Positions 27,266 to 36,417 of a stretch of DNA of 64,000 nt are shown here, one piece after another; position 1 is the first letter of the stretch, and every line of letters starts with the position of its first letter. The translations under genes were made by a program, and so were the position numbers. The DNA is from a virus: positions 1-64,000 of the IMG/VR virus record IMGVR_UViG_3300042886_000261; one strand, written 5' to 3'. The notes under the pieces were generated by a model. That model did not search any database, was not told the origin of the DNA, and saw only the letters and a list, made by a program, of their open reading frames with translations.

Positions 27266-27406
27266 ATGAAAGAATTAACATGTAGTCAATGTGGTAATAT
27301 TATTATAGAATCTTATGTAACAAAAGGAACATATATACAATGTTTTGATTGTTATGCACAAGAAGAATATGATTTTGAAAACCCAAATCTTAATGATTAT
27401 GAATAA
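27266..27406 (+). CDS. Small zinc-finger protein (46 aa)
   Basis: Not in track; MKELTCSQCG...QCFDC. Confidence 0.55.
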   Translation: MKELTCSQCGNIIIESYVTKGTYIQCFDCYAQEEYDFENPNLNDYE

Positions 27407-27644
27407 AGAAATAGTATATTGGACAATGAGAAATGGTCAGCAAATAGATGTTGACCTAATGGATGAAAAACATTTAAGAAATACTCTTAAAATGATTATT
27501 AGAAACTCTAATAAACAAGTAGTTAAACCTGTTAAAGAGTTTAAATTCAATGGTGAGATTGCACAAGAAATGCATGATAATATGATCATTGAAGAAATAA
27601 TGGGAGATATGATGGATGAATGGTATGATATAACTGAAAATTAA
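27399..27644 (+). CDS. Early hypothetical protein (start MNKEIVYW)
   Basis: W....G....V..M...HL.N.LKM motif common in phages; ATG at 27399 preferred over the track start. Confidence 0.65.
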   Translation: MNKEIVYWTMRNGQQIDVDLMDEKHLRNTLKMIIRNSNKQVVKPVKEFKFNGEIAQEMHDNMIIEEIMGDMMDEWYDITEN

Positions 27645-27658
27645 AAACTGAAAAGATT

Positions 27659-27961
27659 ATGAAAGCAATTAGATTTGGTAAGTTAAAAAGTACAACTATT
27701 GTTGAATTAGTAGCAATGATTGGTGTAGATACAAACCCTAACTCAAAGGTTTATATTAGCACAGAAAAACCTGCAAAACAAGCATGTGAATATACCATTG
27801 AAGAATTAGCAAATATGTTAATGATGGCAAAACAAGCCAAGTTAGCAGAAGATGCAAGAACATTTGAGTTTAATAACCGTGAATTATATGAGTATATAAA
27901 ATACAAGATTAAACTTGAATATGATAAAGAACAACAAGAAGAAGATTATAATTTTAACTGA
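27659..27961 (+). CDS. Early hypothetical protein
   Basis: 100 aa, AACTGAAA leader. Confidence 0.6.
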   Translation: MKAIRFGKLKSTTIVELVAMIGVDTNPNSKVYISTEKPAKQACEYTIEELANMLMMAKQAKLAEDARTFEFNNRELYEYIKYKIKLEYDKEQQEEDYNFN

Positions 27962-27980
27962 AAACTAAAAACTGAAAATT

Positions 27981-28097
27981 ATGAGTGAAGAAGAGTATGA
28001 TGCATTTATGCTAGCAGTAGAAGATGTAAAAAAGAGATTGTATTATTATGATCCAGAAGCTCCAGAGGATCCAAATCCATTTGGAGTATTTGATTAA
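27981..28097 (+). CDS. Small acidic protein (38 aa)
   Basis: MSEEEYDAFML...PFGVFD*; AACTGAAA leader. Confidence 0.45.
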   Translation: MSEEEYDAFMLAVEDVKKRLYYYDPEAPEDPNPFGVFD

Positions 28098-28104
28098 TAA
28101 TAAA

Positions 28105-28229
28105 CAGATTGACCCAAAGGCATGGGTTGCAAATTAAGGTTAGTGTCCGCGCGTTGAAGATCATGAGAGGGTTATTGCGTGGTAGACTATTTAATTTGTT
28201 CTTTACAATCTGAACAGGTGCTTCCTGTT
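28105..28229 (+). ncRNA. Structured intergenic RNA element
   Basis: cagattg/caatctg enclosing gaccca/tgggtt and gcaaattaa/ttaatttgt with ccgcgc/gcgtgg, then aacagg/cctgtt. Confidence 0.5.
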
Positions 28230-28253
28230 ATTTTTAACTTAAAACTAAAAATT

Positions 28254-28520
28254 ATGAAACTAATATTAATAGCATTAAGCTTCTTTGGATATAATACTCC
28301 TAAAGATAGCAGATCAACAACCAGGTTTACTAAAAGTGAAACAGAATTCATTAATAATATTATTAAATTAAATGGTGAACCTAATGAAATATATCACTCA
28401 GGTAAAAATATTCAAGTTAATTATTCAAATCAAAGATTAAGCTTAGGTCAAGATGGATTTATCCATGAACTTGAAGTTTTAGTTGATGGACAATGGATCA
28501 ATGCTGGTCCTGAATTTTGA
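28254..28520 (+). CDS. Hypothetical secreted/membrane protein (start MKLILIAL)
   Basis: ATG at 28254 with A-rich leader; the upstream GTG lies in structured RNA. Confidence 0.55.
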   Translation: MKLILIALSFFGYNTPKDSRSTTRFTKSETEFINNIIKLNGEPNEIYHSGKNIQVNYSNQRLSLGQDGFIHELEVLVDGQWINAGPEF

Positions 28521-28762
28521 TTACTGAAAATTGTTTAGTGGGATGTAATGAGATTACACACCATAGAAACTGCAGTGAATATGTATTACAGAAGATAAGT
28601 ATAAGAGAGATAACCTGTAAAGAGGGTTATCTTAATTTATTATCATATCATAAGGAATATGCAGTATTAGGAGAATCGGCTATATCATACACAATAATGT
28701 GTGATAATGGTCACGTAAAAAAATTAAGTAAAAAGTTATTTTATGGAGGAAATGATAAATGA
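28517..28762 (+). CDS. Hypothetical protein
   Basis: 81 aa, overlapping stop/start. Confidence 0.45.
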   Translation: MITENCLVGCNEITHHRNCSEYVLQKISIREITCKEGYLNLLSYHKEYAVLGESAISYTIMCDNGHVKKLSKKLFYGGNDK

Positions 28763-29010
28763 ACTGAACAGTCTGAGAGAAAGTCTCAAGGATGTAGACT
28801 CTTTAAATGCATCATGGGATGTAAAAGAGTATATGAAAAATGAAATTCAATATGCAATTATGTGTATTGAATTCACAATAACTAACTGATATGGAAACAT
28901 TAATAGTAATAAGTTGTTCAATACTAGTAGTAATGGTCAGTGTAATGATCATAATCAGTATTGATAAAAATAAATAACATTTTGGTCAATGTATATAATT
29001 CAGAAAAGAT

Positions 29011-29232
29011 ATGGAAAAAGATTTAATTATGTCAGTGATAGGTTTTGATAAAGCTTGTCAACTTGAGGTAGACGGTAAAGTACTTACAGGAGGTGTAACT
29101 AGAACAGTTATGCCACCTGTATATGGTATTGCAAGTGAAGAATGTATTAACAATACCCTTGATGTTAAGGTGTTTGACCACTTTAACTGGGAGTTATTCT
29201 TTAGGTTAAGGTCAGTAAAACATTCATTATGA
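29011..29232 (+). CDS. Hypothetical protein
   Basis: 73 aa. Confidence 0.55.
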   Translation: MEKDLIMSVIGFDKACQLEVDGKVLTGGVTRTVMPPVYGIASEECINNTLDVKVFDHFNWELFFRLRSVKHSL

Positions 29233-29654
29233 GTAAAATAAGAATAGAAGTGGATGAAGAGAAATTAGTAAATGCATTAGATGGTTTTATTGGTGCTGGT
29301 GGAGTTAGAGATCTTATAAAAGATATGTTTAATCATACTCAAAAAGCAAAAGAAATGCTTGGTCAACTATTATTAGGTGAAGAATTACCTATAAAACCAA
29401 CTGTTGGTCAAATGGGTTATGTCAAAATGGAACACATGTGGTTTACTAATAAAGAATTTACACAGAATACTAATTTAGATGTAAAAGGAACTTTATCTTG
29501 TAAAGTAGTAAGAATTAATGGATATACTGAGTATTCACAAGTATCAATAGAATTTCCAACATATGATTCTGCAGGTGAAATACAAATTATATCAAATGGA
29601 GTTGCTTTTGATCAATTTATTTGGTTACAAGAGGATTTAAAAGATAGTATCTGA
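29229..29654 (+). CDS. Hypothetical protein
   Basis: 141 aa; terminator-like hairpin at 29677-29700. Confidence 0.65.
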   Translation: MSKIRIEVDEEKLVNALDGFIGAGGVRDLIKDMFNHTQKAKEMLGQLLLGEELPIKPTVGQMGYVKMEHMWFTNKEFTQNTNLDVKGTLSCKVVRINGYTEYSQVSIEFPTYDSAGEIQIISNGVAFDQFIWLQEDLKDSI

Positions 29655-29786
29655 GTATACTACATGACCAATAATTTGGGGAGTATTTATATTCCCCATT
29701 ATTATTTAGCCATATAATGCTGAAATAAATGATAAACTGTTGAATTATTTATATATAAAGTCTAAATTTAGACTTATTTATAAAAC

Positions 29787-30068
29787 ATGCAATATCAGTT
29801 ACCTACGGGACGTGTAATTTACATTACTATAGAACAATATTTGTCTATGACTGATAATGATATACAGTATCTTATATCAACAAATGCAGGTGAATCAATT
29901 CACAATCCCTTCACTAGATCTGCACTAGATGAAAACTCCACAGAAAAGCACAAAAACAAAGAATATGATTTCTCATTTATTTCACCAGATGATGAGAATG
30001 TAAGAGAAATATCATTTGAGGATTTAACTCAAGATGATTTAGATAGAATAGATAGTATGGATATGTAA
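29787..30068 (+). CDS. Conserved hypothetical protein
   Basis: MQYQLPTGRVIYITIEQYL start, acidic tail. Confidence 0.65.
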   Translation: MQYQLPTGRVIYITIEQYLSMTDNDIQYLISTNAGESIHNPFTRSALDENSTEKHKNKEYDFSFISPDDENVREISFEDLTQDDLDRIDSMDM

Positions 30069-30161
30069 AACTTAACTTGGAAGAGTAGGCCAAGGAATAG
30101 CTAAAATTATACTCAAATCAATTAAAAAACAAAACAAGTATTAATCGCAAAAACACAAGTT

Positions 30162-30632
30162 ATGAGTAAAGTAAGAGTAATTGGAGATGAAACAGGAAAT
30201 GTTATCAACCAGTCAGCAACTAATCCAGATTATGGATATGTAAGAGTAGAAAGTGTAAAAACTACCATTGATGATAATGGATTTTTAAGAAAAAGATCTA
30301 TTAGTACCTTGATTCAAGGTCATTTAACTGATTTAAAATCAGAAGGTTATTACAGTGGACAAGAATTAAATGGTAAAATTGTAGTATTGGAGGCATTAAC
30401 TCCATTTAACAAAAAGAATCCTGAAAGAGATATTAAACAAGCAGGTAACACTGGTATTGTTTGTACTCTTGGAGGTGAACCAATTTACAGAAAAACTCTG
30501 TACACATTATCATCAAATGCAGAAGATGTATTTATTAAACATGATAATGTAGAGCAAATCAGAAATGCATTTGGAGGTGTTCAAAAAACATCTGCAGTAA
30601 ATGCTGAAACATCTGATGAATTCAATTTTTAA
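30162..30632 (+). CDS. Putative single-stranded DNA-binding protein
   Basis: Beta-rich body, flexible linker and acidic/aromatic tail ETSDEFNF; own terminator at 30648-30677. Confidence 0.5.
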   Translation: MSKVRVIGDETGNVINQSATNPDYGYVRVESVKTTIDDNGFLRKRSISTLIQGHLTDLKSEGYYSGQELNGKIVVLEALTPFNKKNPERDIKQAGNTGIVCTLGGEPIYRKTLYTLSSNAEDVFIKHDNVEQIRNAFGGVQKTSAVNAETSDEFNF

Positions 30633-30694
30633 GTATTAAATGTATATAAGGGATAGTGTAACAGCTATCCCTTTTTTATTAATTGTAAAAACTA

Positions 30695-31195
30695 ATGGTC
30701 ATGGAGTTACAACAGAACAACAAATTAGAGTATAAAGGTAAGTTAGAGGCTTATCAATTGTATAGAGGTAATACTTATACAGAATATGAAAAAGATAACT
30801 ATAACGGTTATCAAAATCATTTATATAAAAGAGCATTATATGGTCTAAGTGCATTTACTCAAGATGAAATTGCTACTATGTGTAGTAAAAAGAAACAAAG
30901 AGTAAACAAAGTGTACATGAAAGGTCAGAATGTTATTAACCTGTATAAGCAAAAGGTAACTAATGCTTATAGTAATTTTATATTCAAGACATTATTCCCA
31001 GAAAGTCCTATAACACAGTTCTTTATTGAAACTGAGGAAACAGATGTAGATTATAAAAATACACTCTCTTTTAAAGATCTTAATATCAGTAAAGACCAAA
31101 TAGTTGGTGTATTTATTACTGAAGGCATATTACCTAAAAACTTTCATGAGTTAGACAGGGACTTTAATGCTTTACCAAGATTAAAGAAAGCATAA
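30695..31195 (+). CDS. Hypothetical protein
   Basis: 166 aa; terminator at 31203-31228. Confidence 0.65.
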   Translation: MVMELQQNNKLEYKGKLEAYQLYRGNTYTEYEKDNYNGYQNHLYKRALYGLSAFTQDEIATMCSKKKQRVNKVYMKGQNVINLYKQKVTNAYSNFIFKTLFPESPITQFFIETEETDVDYKNTLSFKDLNISKDQIVGVFITEGILPKNFHELDRDFNALPRLKKA

Positions 31196-31240
31196 TATTA
31201 ATGGGTAGATGTAACAGTCTACCCTTTTAAACTACTAGAT

Positions 31241-31738
31241 ATGAACAGAAATGTAATTATAGAAATAATTGTTGTAGTATTAATGTTATCATTATTAATT
31301 TTATTAGTCACACATAAAAAGAAATCAGTCTTTGATTATAAAACATACAATTATGAAAAGTATGATTTAATATTAGGTAAAGATGCTTGTCAAGTATTTT
31401 ATGCATATAGAGTATCTGAAATGCATGGACTGTCTGTAGAAGGTGCAAAGAAAAGAATATCTCAAGGAGGATCTTATATTGATGGTTTAAGTAATTACCA
31501 TCCTAAAGATAAAAAATTGGATATGAAACTAAAACCTTTTATATTCTTAAATCTGGGTTCATTAAATAAAAACTATTCATTAGATGAAATACATACAGCT
31601 GTAATGCATGAAACTATGCACATGGCTATTAAATGTTTTAACTATGATTTAGAAAACCATGAAGAAGATATGATTACATGGGCTGAGTCTGAGGCTAATA
31701 AGATAATTAAACTGTTAAATAAAGAAAAATACATATGA
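31241..31738 (+). CDS. Membrane-anchored HExxH metallopeptidase-like protein
   Basis: N-terminal TM; MHETMH...EED. Confidence 0.6.
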   Translation: MNRNVIIEIIVVVLMLSLLILLVTHKKKSVFDYKTYNYEKYDLILGKDACQVFYAYRVSEMHGLSVEGAKKRISQGGSYIDGLSNYHPKDKKLDMKLKPFIFLNLGSLNKNYSLDEIHTAVMHETMHMAIKCFNYDLENHEEDMITWAESEANKIIKLLNKEKYI

Positions 31739-31944
31739 AACAGACAGCAGTAGAATGGTTTTATCAAAGAATCCTAGCAAAAGATATTGAATCAGTATTC
31801 AAACAAGCCAAAGAAATGGAGAAAGAGCAGATAAGAGATGCTTTCAATGCTGGTGATTTAGATTCTGATACTTATTTTATTCCATTTTTAAAAGAAAGTG
31901 ATGAATCAGAAAACTACTACAATGAAACCTTTAAATCAGAATAA
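31735..31944 (+). CDS. Small protein of the 'MKQTAVEW...YYNETFKSE' type
   Basis: Stereotyped termini seen in Bacteroidota-phage small ORFs. Confidence 0.65.
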   Translation: MKQTAVEWFYQRILAKDIESVFKQAKEMEKEQIRDAFNAGDLDSDTYFIPFLKESDESENYYNETFKSE

Positions 31945-31945
31945 G

Positions 31946-32086
31946 ATGAATGAAGTAGAATTTTTAAAAAAAATATTAAATGAATTAAGTGATGCCAAAT
32001 ATGGTGAAGGTTTAACATTTAATATTTCATATATTGAAATGCTAATTAGCAAAAGAATAAAAGAATTAAAAACTAAATCAGAGTAA
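31946..32086 (+). CDS. Small hypothetical protein (start MNEVEF)
   Basis: Ends in KSE* like the preceding gene. Confidence 0.5.
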   Translation: MNEVEFLKKILNELSDAKYGEGLTFNISYIEMLISKRIKELKTKSE

Positions 32087-32111
32087 AATGAAACCTTTAA
32101 AAATAAAAAAA

Positions 32112-32360
32112 ATGAAAAAGATAATAATACTGATAACAATAGTAACAGCAGGCTTCACTTATAGTTGTAAGAAAAATAATCCTACACCTAATAAGCCCTG
32201 TAATTGTGGTATAATACAGTCAGATAATGTATCCAACTACTCAGTAGATATAAAGAATGACTGTTCAGGTAATGTAAAGACATGGACCTTATCACAGTCT
32301 GATTGGATGACAGCCTATGTAGGCACCCACTATTGTATTACTAATACCACAAGCTGGTAA
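32112..32360 (+). CDS. Cys-rich lipoprotein
   Basis: MKKIIILITIVTAGFTYSC lipobox; CNCG motif. Confidence 0.6.
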   Translation: MKKIIILITIVTAGFTYSCKKNNPTPNKPCNCGIIQSDNVSNYSVDIKNDCSGNVKTWTLSQSDWMTAYVGTHYCITNTTSW

Positions 32361-32752
32361 TGGAAAAGAAAAAGAAATACTGTTCAGGTTGTGAATCTGA
32401 GCAATATATCTGGAAAGCACATGAAGGAAATAAGTATTGTAAAAATTGCTGGGGTAAGATCCAGTCTAAAGATCCTGATCATAAGGTGATACCACAAGTT
32501 TCTGCAAAAAGAAAGAAACTTGATGTTGAGTATCTTAAATTAAGGGCAAAACATATGGAAAAGTTTCCGTTATGCCAAATTAAAGTTGCTGGCTGTACTA
32601 ATATGGGTACAGATATACATCATACATATGCAGGCTCTAATAGAGATGCATTTTACTTGATTCAGTCAACTTGGGCTGTAACATGTAGAAATTGTCATAA
32701 TTATGTGCATGAAAATCCAGCAAAAGCAAGAACAATGGGTTGGTTAAAATAA
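32360..32752 (+). CDS. Zinc-finger/HNH (NinG-like) nuclease
   Basis: CxxC pairs, TDIHH, VTCRNCHNYVH. Confidence 0.7.
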   Translation: MEKKKKYCSGCESEQYIWKAHEGNKYCKNCWGKIQSKDPDHKVIPQVSAKRKKLDVEYLKLRAKHMEKFPLCQIKVAGCTNMGTDIHHTYAGSNRDAFYLIQSTWAVTCRNCHNYVHENPAKARTMGWLK

Positions 32753-32765
32753 AATACAATTAATT

Positions 32766-33017
32766 ATGAATACAAATAATATAACTAAAAGACCATGTGT
32801 ACTTGTAGCACATGCTCATTTTTGTGATAGTCCTCATTATTATATTACTGATAAAAAAACTAAAAAAGTAAAGTATTTTACTGATGAAAAAGCTGAACAT
32901 TATATAGATAAACACAGTGAAAAAGGGTATGATGAAACTTTAGTAAAAAATTATACCTTTAATCCAGATTTTCCTGAGTATCAAATAAATGGTAAAGGGC
33001 CTGAAGTATACGGTTAA
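32766..33017 (+). CDS. Hypothetical protein
   Basis: 83 aa. Confidence 0.55.
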   Translation: MNTNNITKRPCVLVAHAHFCDSPHYYITDKKTKKVKYFTDEKAEHYIDKHSEKGYDETLVKNYTFNPDFPEYQINGKGPEVYG

Positions 33018-33028
33018 AATAAATTGAT

Positions 33029-33391
33029 ATGAAAACATTAAGACATGCTAAAGGTATTGAATGCAATCATCCACATGTCATTGAGGTTATTTTAAGTAAA
33101 TTTGTTACTTGTCCTCATTGTAAGATATTGCTAAGAGATCCTGATATTAAAACTAAATTTGAACAGCAAAGAATATCTGAAATTGAAAATGAAAAGTCTA
33201 AATTAGAAGACTTGGATAAAAAATTAATTGAAGAAAAACAAGTTATTTTTTCAGGTAATACTTTTAAATGCCCAAAATGTAATTCATTTATGGTACAAAG
33301 AATAAATAGTAAAACCAGTGAAATATTTTTTGGGTGTAAAGCATATCCAATATGTAAAGCAACTAAAAACGTAAAAATTATAAAAAGATGA
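33029..33391 (+). CDS. Protein with topoisomerase-I C4 zinc ribbon
   Basis: CPKCNSFMVQR...FFGCKAYPICK. Confidence 0.75.
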   Translation: MKTLRHAKGIECNHPHVIEVILSKFVTCPHCKILLRDPDIKTKFEQQRISEIENEKSKLEDLDKKLIEEKQVIFSGNTFKCPKCNSFMVQRINSKTSEIFFGCKAYPICKATKNVKIIKR

Positions 33392-34488
33392 AAAGAGAAG
33401 AGATACAACAGTTAGCACTTGATGCTACTGATAAGAAAAAAAGATCTGGATTATCATTAGCAACAGGAATTGGCAAGACTTTAGTAGCCCTATTACACAT
33501 GGAGAAAAACATAACTCCATTGATGAATGTATTAGTGGTAGCACCTAAGTTAAGTATCTTTACATCTTGGAGAGCTGAAGCAATAAAGTTTAAAAAGTCA
33601 CATCTTATGGATAATGTAAAGTTCACAACTTATTTAAGTTTGAATAAACTTGATCCTAGAGAGTATGATATGATATACTTTGATGAGGCTCACTCATTAT
33701 TACCTACACATAAAACATTTTTGGATGAGTATACCGGTAAAATCTTAGGATTAACCGGTACTCCTCCTAAAAATACACATAGTGAGAAAGGTGAGATGAT
33801 GCAAGAGTTCTATCCTATATGTTATGAATATCTTACTGATGATGCTGTTAATGATAATATCTTAAATGATTATAAAATCATTGTACATGAGATTAAACTA
33901 GACAACATCAACAAAAATGTAAAAGCAGGTAGTAAGTATAAACAATTCTTTACTACTGAAGTAGCTAATTATCAGTACTGGTGTAATAGAATAGATATGT
34001 CTAGACCAGGTAAAGAACAACAGATAGCTAGAATCATGAGGATGAAAGCTATGATGGAGTATCCAAGTAAAGAAAAGTATACTAAACTATTGAGTAATTC
34101 AATTAGTTCTAAGTGTATAATATTTGCTAATACTCAAGAACAGGCTGATGTGTTATGCACAAATAGCTATCATAGTACTAATCCTGAGTCTAATGAGAAT
34201 CTTAATATGTTTAAGTCAGGTGATATTACCAGACTATCATGTGTATTGCAGTTAAGTGAGGGTATTAATATTCCTGAGTTAAAGCAATGCATTATTCTAC
34301 ATGCATATGGTAATGAGCGTAAGGCCTCACAACGTATTGGGAGATGTTTACGTCTTGCAGTTGATGAGACAGCTACTATTCATATACTATGTTATGTAGA
34401 TACTATTGATAAGAGTTGGGTTACTGAAGCATTATCAGGATTTGATCAGGATAAAATAGAGTGGAAAAATTTTAATATTAAATTATGA
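33388..34488 (+). CDS. Superfamily 2 (DEAH) helicase
   Basis: ATGIGKT, DEAH, GLTGTP, LSEGINIP, QRIGRCLR. Confidence 0.92.
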   Translation: MKREEIQQLALDATDKKKRSGLSLATGIGKTLVALLHMEKNITPLMNVLVVAPKLSIFTSWRAEAIKFKKSHLMDNVKFTTYLSLNKLDPREYDMIYFDEAHSLLPTHKTFLDEYTGKILGLTGTPPKNTHSEKGEMMQEFYPICYEYLTDDAVNDNILNDYKIIVHEIKLDNINKNVKAGSKYKQFFTTEVANYQYWCNRIDMSRPGKEQQIARIMRMKAMMEYPSKEKYTKLLSNSISSKCIIFANTQEQADVLCTNSYHSTNPESNENLNMFKSGDITRLSCVLQLSEGINIPELKQCIILHAYGNERKASQRIGRCLRLAVDETATIHILCYVDTIDKSWVTEALSGFDQDKIEWKNFNIKL

Positions 34489-34703
34489 AACCAAAAGAAA
34501 AAGCAGAAGAGTTAGTTGAAAAGTTCTATTCAAGAGCCACATCCTATTCTTTAGATAGAAAAAATCAGAATGAAAATGCTAAACAATGTGCATTAATTGC
34601 AGTTGATGAGATAATGAAACAATGCTATGATTATAGAGATATTGATTTACAAGCATCTTATGATTATTGGGAAGAAGTTAAATCTGAAATAGAAAAATTA
34701 TGA
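34485..34703 (+). CDS. Small protein of the 'MKPKEKAEEL...YWEEVK' type
   Basis: AKQCALIAVDEI motif. Confidence 0.65.
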   Translation: MKPKEKAEELVEKFYSRATSYSLDRKNQNENAKQCALIAVDEIMKQCYDYRDIDLQASYDYWEEVKSEIEKL

Positions 34704-35074
34704 CAGCAAAATTAGTTAAAGATAGTAATGGTTATTGGTTAGATTCTAATGATGAAGTTATTAAAGATTTTTTACAAGAAGGTAAATTATCTAAAGAGAA
34801 CTGTGATGAGATATTTGGAGTAGTTGATGTTGATAAGTTGGCAGAAGAAGAAACAAGAAAATATTTACCAGGTTGTCCTGAAAATATAATGAATTTCATA
34901 GCACATAAAAGATTCTTTAAAATAGCTTTTGAACAAGCAATGGAGTTGTATCAACCAAAAGTAATTAATGTTGATGTAAAAATGAAAATTGTAAAAGAAG
35001 AGTCTACAAAAAATTCACCAGCTAAAACATTTAAATTAGATGAAAATGATTGTTTAATACTTAAAAAAATATAA
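34700..35074 (+). CDS. Hypothetical protein
   Basis: KLSKENCDEIF...LDENDCLILK. Confidence 0.6.
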   Translation: MTAKLVKDSNGYWLDSNDEVIKDFLQEGKLSKENCDEIFGVVDVDKLAEEETRKYLPGCPENIMNFIAHKRFFKIAFEQAMELYQPKVINVDVKMKIVKEESTKNSPAKTFKLDENDCLILKKI

Positions 35075-35075
35075 G

Positions 35076-35282
35076 ATGTATAAAATAACAAGAACAGTGA
35101 TAGATTTATCTTCTATCCCAGTAGAATTAAGATGTCATCCTTTAATACCTACAATTAAGCATTCATATGCTGAGTTTCACTATAGTAAAGAAGGAGATGA
35201 TGATTCTTTAACAACTTATTTAATTGAGACATATCCTAGTCTTAGACGTAAAATATCATTTTTAATTTATATAGATATATGA
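35076..35282 (+). CDS. Hypothetical protein
   Basis: 68 aa. Confidence 0.5.
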   Translation: MYKITRTVIDLSSIPVELRCHPLIPTIKHSYAEFHYSKEGDDDSLTTYLIETYPSLRRKISFLIYIDI

Positions 35283-35360
35283 AAAAAAGAATTGTAGAAA
35301 TAATTATATTTTTAATTGGATTTATAGGTGGAAGTGCAATTTTACATTATATATTAAATT

Positions 35361-35873
35361 ATGGCAGAATATGATCAAGACAATGTCAAATTCATAAGAG
35401 CACTGGTAAAAATATCTAGTGCTCTTTATGATATTGATGAAATGAAAAAGAATAAGAAGTTTAAGTATGCATTAAAGAAAGATGTATCTGAATGGCATGA
35501 ATGGTCTGAAGAGTATATTAAAGAACCAATGAGTGTATTTGGTGATACTGATGCTAATGCTTTAATGACGCTGATACAGATTTTTGATGATTATAGTCAT
35601 AAAATTCACATAAAAGATGAATTTAATACTAGATTAAACTTATTTTTGGCTAAAATTGCATCAGCAAGATGGGATTTAATCCAGCTTGAAGTTGATAATA
35701 AATCAAGAATGAGCTTATTGATTAAGAATATAGAAATATTAACTAGTAAAGGTTACTTTAAGTCTTATACAGACTATATAGATCCTTATGGTAAAGGTTT
35801 TACTGATATTGTTGATTCTATGAATAAAGTAGGAAACACAATAATAGTAGGAACTGAAGAAAATAATTTGTAA
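35361..35873 (+). CDS. Hypothetical protein
   Basis: 170 aa helical. Confidence 0.6.
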   Translation: MAEYDQDNVKFIRALVKISSALYDIDEMKKNKKFKYALKKDVSEWHEWSEEYIKEPMSVFGDTDANALMTLIQIFDDYSHKIHIKDEFNTRLNLFLAKIASARWDLIQLEVDNKSRMSLLIKNIEILTSKGYFKSYTDYIDPYGKGFTDIVDSMNKVGNTIIVGTEENNL

Positions 35874-35889
35874 ATTAATATATAAAAAC

Positions 35890-36138
35890 ATGGTTTTGGA
35901 AAAGACACATAAAATAACATTGTATAATGATGACAACCATGATTTTTTATATATCATAGCTTGTCTCATTAAAATATGTAAGCACTCACCTGATCAAGCT
36001 GAGCAGTGTGCTATAATAGTAGATAATAAAGGTTCATATGATATTATGTCTGGTGCATTTAATGATATCTTTGATATATATAACCAATTATCTGATCTAG
36101 AATTAAATGTAGAGATAGGTGAAAGTCAAGTTCATTAA
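35890..36138 (+). CDS. clpS: ClpS N-degron adaptor homologue
   Basis: HKITLYNDDNHDFLYII..L.KIC.H...QAEQCA..V..KG matches Bacteroidota ClpS. Confidence 0.85.
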   Translation: MVLEKTHKITLYNDDNHDFLYIIACLIKICKHSPDQAEQCAIIVDNKGSYDIMSGAFNDIFDIYNQLSDLELNVEIGESQVH

Positions 36139-36140
36139 GT

Positions 36141-36407
36141 ATGATCAAGGTTATTTGCATTAACTCAAAAAATAAACCCAATAAGATTCCTTTAAGTCAA
36201 TGGCCAGTAGAAAATCAATTCTACACAGTGGTGAAAGTAATGAATATGGGTATTCAAGCTAACACATATGGATATGAGTTAGAAGAAATAAATCTTGATG
36301 GATGTTTTCCTTATGAATATTATAATGCTAATAGATTTGCTGTAGTAAGTACAAGCAAGACTAAGAAAGCAGAAGAAATTCTTGAAGAAGATTTTGCATT
36401 AGTTTAA
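36141..36407 (+). CDS. Hypothetical protein
   Basis: KVICIN...YTV...Y.LEEI...RF pattern. Confidence 0.65.
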   Translation: MIKVICINSKNKPNKIPLSQWPVENQFYTVVKVMNMGIQANTYGYELEEINLDGCFPYEYYNANRFAVVSTSKTKKAEEILEEDFALV

Positions 36408-36417
36408 CTTAAATAAA

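Noticed and set aside
24899-28229. tRNA/tmRNA genes
   Set aside because: No cloverleaf with a T-loop GTTCRA could be built from the GC-rich stretches.
30076-30114. SAM-II or preQ1 riboswitch
   Set aside because: Contains TAGCTAAA but lacks the GATTT loop and AAATG elements; the downstream gene is not metabolic.
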